DNA of 21,029 nucleotides from Opitutales bacterium (GTDB lineage Bacteria > Verrucomicrobiota > Verrucomicrobiia > Opitutales > Coraliomargaritaceae). Below, one piece after another: positions 18,585-21,029 of the stretch. The notes under the pieces were generated by a model that had not been told where the DNA came from, made no database searches, and saw only the letters and a program-made list of their open reading frames with translations. Position 1 is the stretch's first letter, and each line of letters begins with the position of its first letter. The position numbers and the translations under genes were made by a program. The stretch covers positions 1 to 21,029 of the forward strand of contig JBMYNR010000027.1 in assembly GCA_049598495.1 (NCBI GenBank), written 5' to 3'.

Positions 18585-19694
18585 ATGAATTACGCTGAAC
18601 TCGCCAATAATGGTGTGCACAAACAGCCGGTATATGAGCCCGGTAAACCTATTGAGTATGTGGCTCAGGAGTTTGGACTGGATCCTGCCCAAATCGTTAA
18701 ACTCGCTTCGAACGAGAATCCTTTTGGACCATCGCCCAAGGCCATCGATGCGTCTCATGCGGCCATTGAGAGCATACACTTATATCCGGATGGTGGATGT
18801 TGTGATCTAAGGGCGGCCATCTCGAAGGTCCGTGGGGTGCATGAGGATGCCATCATTGTCGGTAATGGGTCGAACGAGATCATTGAGCTATTGGGCCATA
18901 CATTCCTGCGCCCGGGCTTGGAGGTGGTGATGGGGGCGCAGGCATTCATCGTGTATAAATTGGTGGCCAAGCTCTTCGGTGCGACTCCGATTGAAGTCCC
19001 TATGTCCGATTTTGGGCACGACCTCCGTGCGATGAGTGCTGCGGTTACGGAGCATACACGTTTGATGTTTGTTGCGAGCCCGAATAATCCGACTGGAATC
19101 GCAAACCACGAAGCGGAACTCATCAAACTGGCTGAGTCGCTGCCGGAGCATGTGATCTTGTGTTTGGATGAAGCCTATGCGGAGTATCTGGATGAGGCCC
19201 CTGATCTGCGTGAATGTATCCATGCCGGTCGAAAGGTGTTTTGTATGCGTACGTTTTCCAAAATTTATGGCCTCGGAGGCTTACGCGTAGGCTATGGCTA
19301 CGGTGACCCCGAGCTGGTTGGGCTATTGCAGCGGGGGCGGCAGCCCTTTAATGTTAGCCTAGTTGCGCAGCGTGCGGCCACGGCGGCTCTTGGAGATCAT
19401 GAATTCGTGCAAAGGTGCCGTCGCGAAAATGAAGCGGGTCGGGTATGCTTGGTCAATGGGCTGAGTGCTCTCGGATATGAGGTAATTGGAGGACAGGCAA
19501 ATTTCGTTCTGGTCAAGGTGAATGATGGTGAAGATTTTTTCGAAGCGCTGCAGAAAAGGGGTATTATTGTGCGACCACTGGCACCTTATGGAATGCCCGA
19601 GTTTGTTCGGATTACGATTGGAACCAGTGCGGAGAATGGGCGCCTACTCGACGTTGTTTCGGGGCTGAAGAAACCGGCGGAAAGGGCATTGTAA
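18585..19694 (+). CDS. hisC: Histidinol-phosphate aminotransferase
   Basis: YEPGKP, KLASNENP.GPSP, YPD, GNGSNE, SPNNPTG, DEAY, RTFSKIYGLGGLRVGY, GIIVR, RITIG; ATG 18585 preferred to TTG 18540. Confidence 0.93.
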   Translation: MNYAELANNGVHKQPVYEPGKPIEYVAQEFGLDPAQIVKLASNENPFGPSPKAIDASHAAIESIHLYPDGGCCDLRAAISKVRGVHEDAIIVGNGSNEIIELLGHTFLRPGLEVVMGAQAFIVYKLVAKLFGATPIEVPMSDFGHDLRAMSAAVTEHTRLMFVASPNNPTGIANHEAELIKLAESLPEHVILCLDEAYAEYLDEAPDLRECIHAGRKVFCMRTFSKIYGLGGLRVGYGYGDPELVGLLQRGRQPFNVSLVAQRAATAALGDHEFVQRCRRENEAGRVCLVNGLSALGYEVIGGQANFVLVKVNDGEDFFEALQKRGIIVRPLAPYGMPEFVRITIGTSAENGRLLDVVSGLKKPAERAL

Positions 19695-19696
19695 TT

Positions 19697-20980
19697 ATGG
19701 AGGGGGGTTGGATGAGTTTTGTTGTCTCGCTTGCAGCGGTCGGATTCATGCTAGTTTTACATGCTTATCTTGTCATGTGTGAGATCAGCTTGGTTAAGTT
19801 CCGCTACGAAAACACCAAGGAAATTCTAGCGGAACGTTTGAAAAAGTCTCCAGGGCTCAGGAAACTGATCGAAAACAGTGACCAGACAGGACGTGTGGTC
19901 CGTTTCAGTAAGACACTGTGTGCGGTCGCTATGGGTCTCTTCTTGATGCCTCTGGTGAGTGATTTTTTCAGCTTGTTCGAACTGGATGCTTCGCCGGATC
20001 GATGGCTTGTTGTCCTCGTTTCGTTTGTGTCTGCTGTTTCTGTTTACTTTTTCTTTGCCGAGATATTTCCCCGAGGCTTGGCCATGCGGGATCCGGGGCA
20101 TGCGATTCAACGCTCATACCGTGTCCTTCTTGCGTTTCAGTTTTTGACCTATCCGGTGATGTTTTTCTTTCGGACATTGAAGAGGTCCCTTTTTCGAAGG
20201 CTAGGCGTCGATTTGGAAGATGAATTTAACCCTTTGGACGTGGACGTGCAGATACGTGCCATGGGGGAGGATAGTAGTCAGCTTTCAGGAGTTGTTCGAA
20301 AAATCGTTAATCGGACCCTGCAGATGCAAGAGCTCGTTGTGCAGGACGTGCTTTTGCCCCGAAGTCAGGTCATTATCTGTGATTTGGAAGAGGATATTGC
20401 CTCTAATTTGGAGGTGATGAAGGCGGCAGGGCATACCCGCTTCCCGCTCTGTCGGGGTGACTTGGATGAGTGCCTTGGCCTCATACATATTAAGGATATT
20501 TTTCGCTGGCGTGAACCGATGTCTGATATCGACCTGATGCAATTGAAGCGCAACGTGGCGGTCTTTCCTCTTGAAACACCTCTAGAGGAAGCACTCGAGC
20601 GGATGCTCAGAGCCAAATTCCATATGGCACTGGCCGTCGATGAATTTGGAGGAATTGTCGGCGTAGTCACACTGGAGACAATCCTTGAAGAGCTGGTCGG
20701 CGAGATCCAGGACGAGTTCGACAGCGAAGAGGAACAGATCGTGAAGCTGGGCACGGGGCGCCGGTTCCGCATCTCGGGTCTGGCGCCCATTCATGATATC
20801 GAGGAGGAACTGAAGATCGGGATCGCCAACGAGGAAGTCTCAACCTTCGGAGGGCTCATTACGGGGGAACTGGGCCACATCCCACAGCGTGGCGAAAGCC
20901 TAACTTGCTATGGCATGAAAATTGTGATCGACGATGTCGATGATCGACGAGTCATCGCGGCTACGGTTGAGTTGCTCTAG
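19697..20980 (+). CDS. CNNM/DUF21-CBS-CorC_HlyC protein (TlyC/hemolysin family, putative Mg2+/Co2+ transport)
   Basis: N-terminal TM segments, AEIFPR, CBS pair with HTRFP and VDEFGG..GVVTLE..LEELVGEIQDEFD, C-terminal STFGGLI; starts 2 nt after the hisC stop. Confidence 0.9.
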   Translation: MEGGWMSFVVSLAAVGFMLVLHAYLVMCEISLVKFRYENTKEILAERLKKSPGLRKLIENSDQTGRVVRFSKTLCAVAMGLFLMPLVSDFFSLFELDASPDRWLVVLVSFVSAVSVYFFFAEIFPRGLAMRDPGHAIQRSYRVLLAFQFLTYPVMFFFRTLKRSLFRRLGVDLEDEFNPLDVDVQIRAMGEDSSQLSGVVRKIVNRTLQMQELVVQDVLLPRSQVIICDLEEDIASNLEVMKAAGHTRFPLCRGDLDECLGLIHIKDIFRWREPMSDIDLMQLKRNVAVFPLETPLEEALERMLRAKFHMALAVDEFGGIVGVVTLETILEELVGEIQDEFDSEEEQIVKLGTGRRFRISGLAPIHDIEEELKIGIANEEVSTFGGLITGELGHIPQRGESLTCYGMKIVIDDVDDRRVIAATVELL

Positions 20981-21029
20981 CCCGCTTATTGCATGAGATC
21001 CAGAATTGGCTTTGGCAAGGCGCGAGCCG

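Overview
A 21-kb, gene-dense bacterial chromosomal segment of roughly 50-55% GC (estimated by eye). Gene types and intergenic style suggest Verrucomicrobiota (Opitutia/Puniceicoccaceae-like), which is an inference. It holds 17 confident housekeeping or accessory CDS: a DCC-family thiol-disulfide oxidoreductase, a beta-CASP MBL ribonuclease, long-form purF, a CPA1/NhaP antiporter fused to RCK and PTS-EIIA-like domains, cysE, fabD, mpl, a PhoD-type phosphatase, trpS, sufS, a FecCD/BtuC permease plus ATPase, a SCO-family protein, a LipM/LplA-family protein, an RmlD-like SDR, hisC and a CNNM/CBS protein. There is also one doubtful 70-aa ORF. I see no mobile element, CRISPR array, tRNA or rRNA. The best candidate for something undescribed is the 369-bp gap between two convergent genes (16533-16901). 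On the + strand it folds by eye into a ~240-nt multi-branched RNA with a long closing stem, many G-U pairs and cUUCGg and GAAA tetraloops. It lacks the hallmark motifs of tmRNA, RNase P, SRP or common riboswitches and has a mutually exclusive alternative 5' hairpin. Protein-level oddities include an EIIA domain with Asn in place of the phospho-His, a ~20-aa insertion in TrpRS and a C-x5-C SCO protein.
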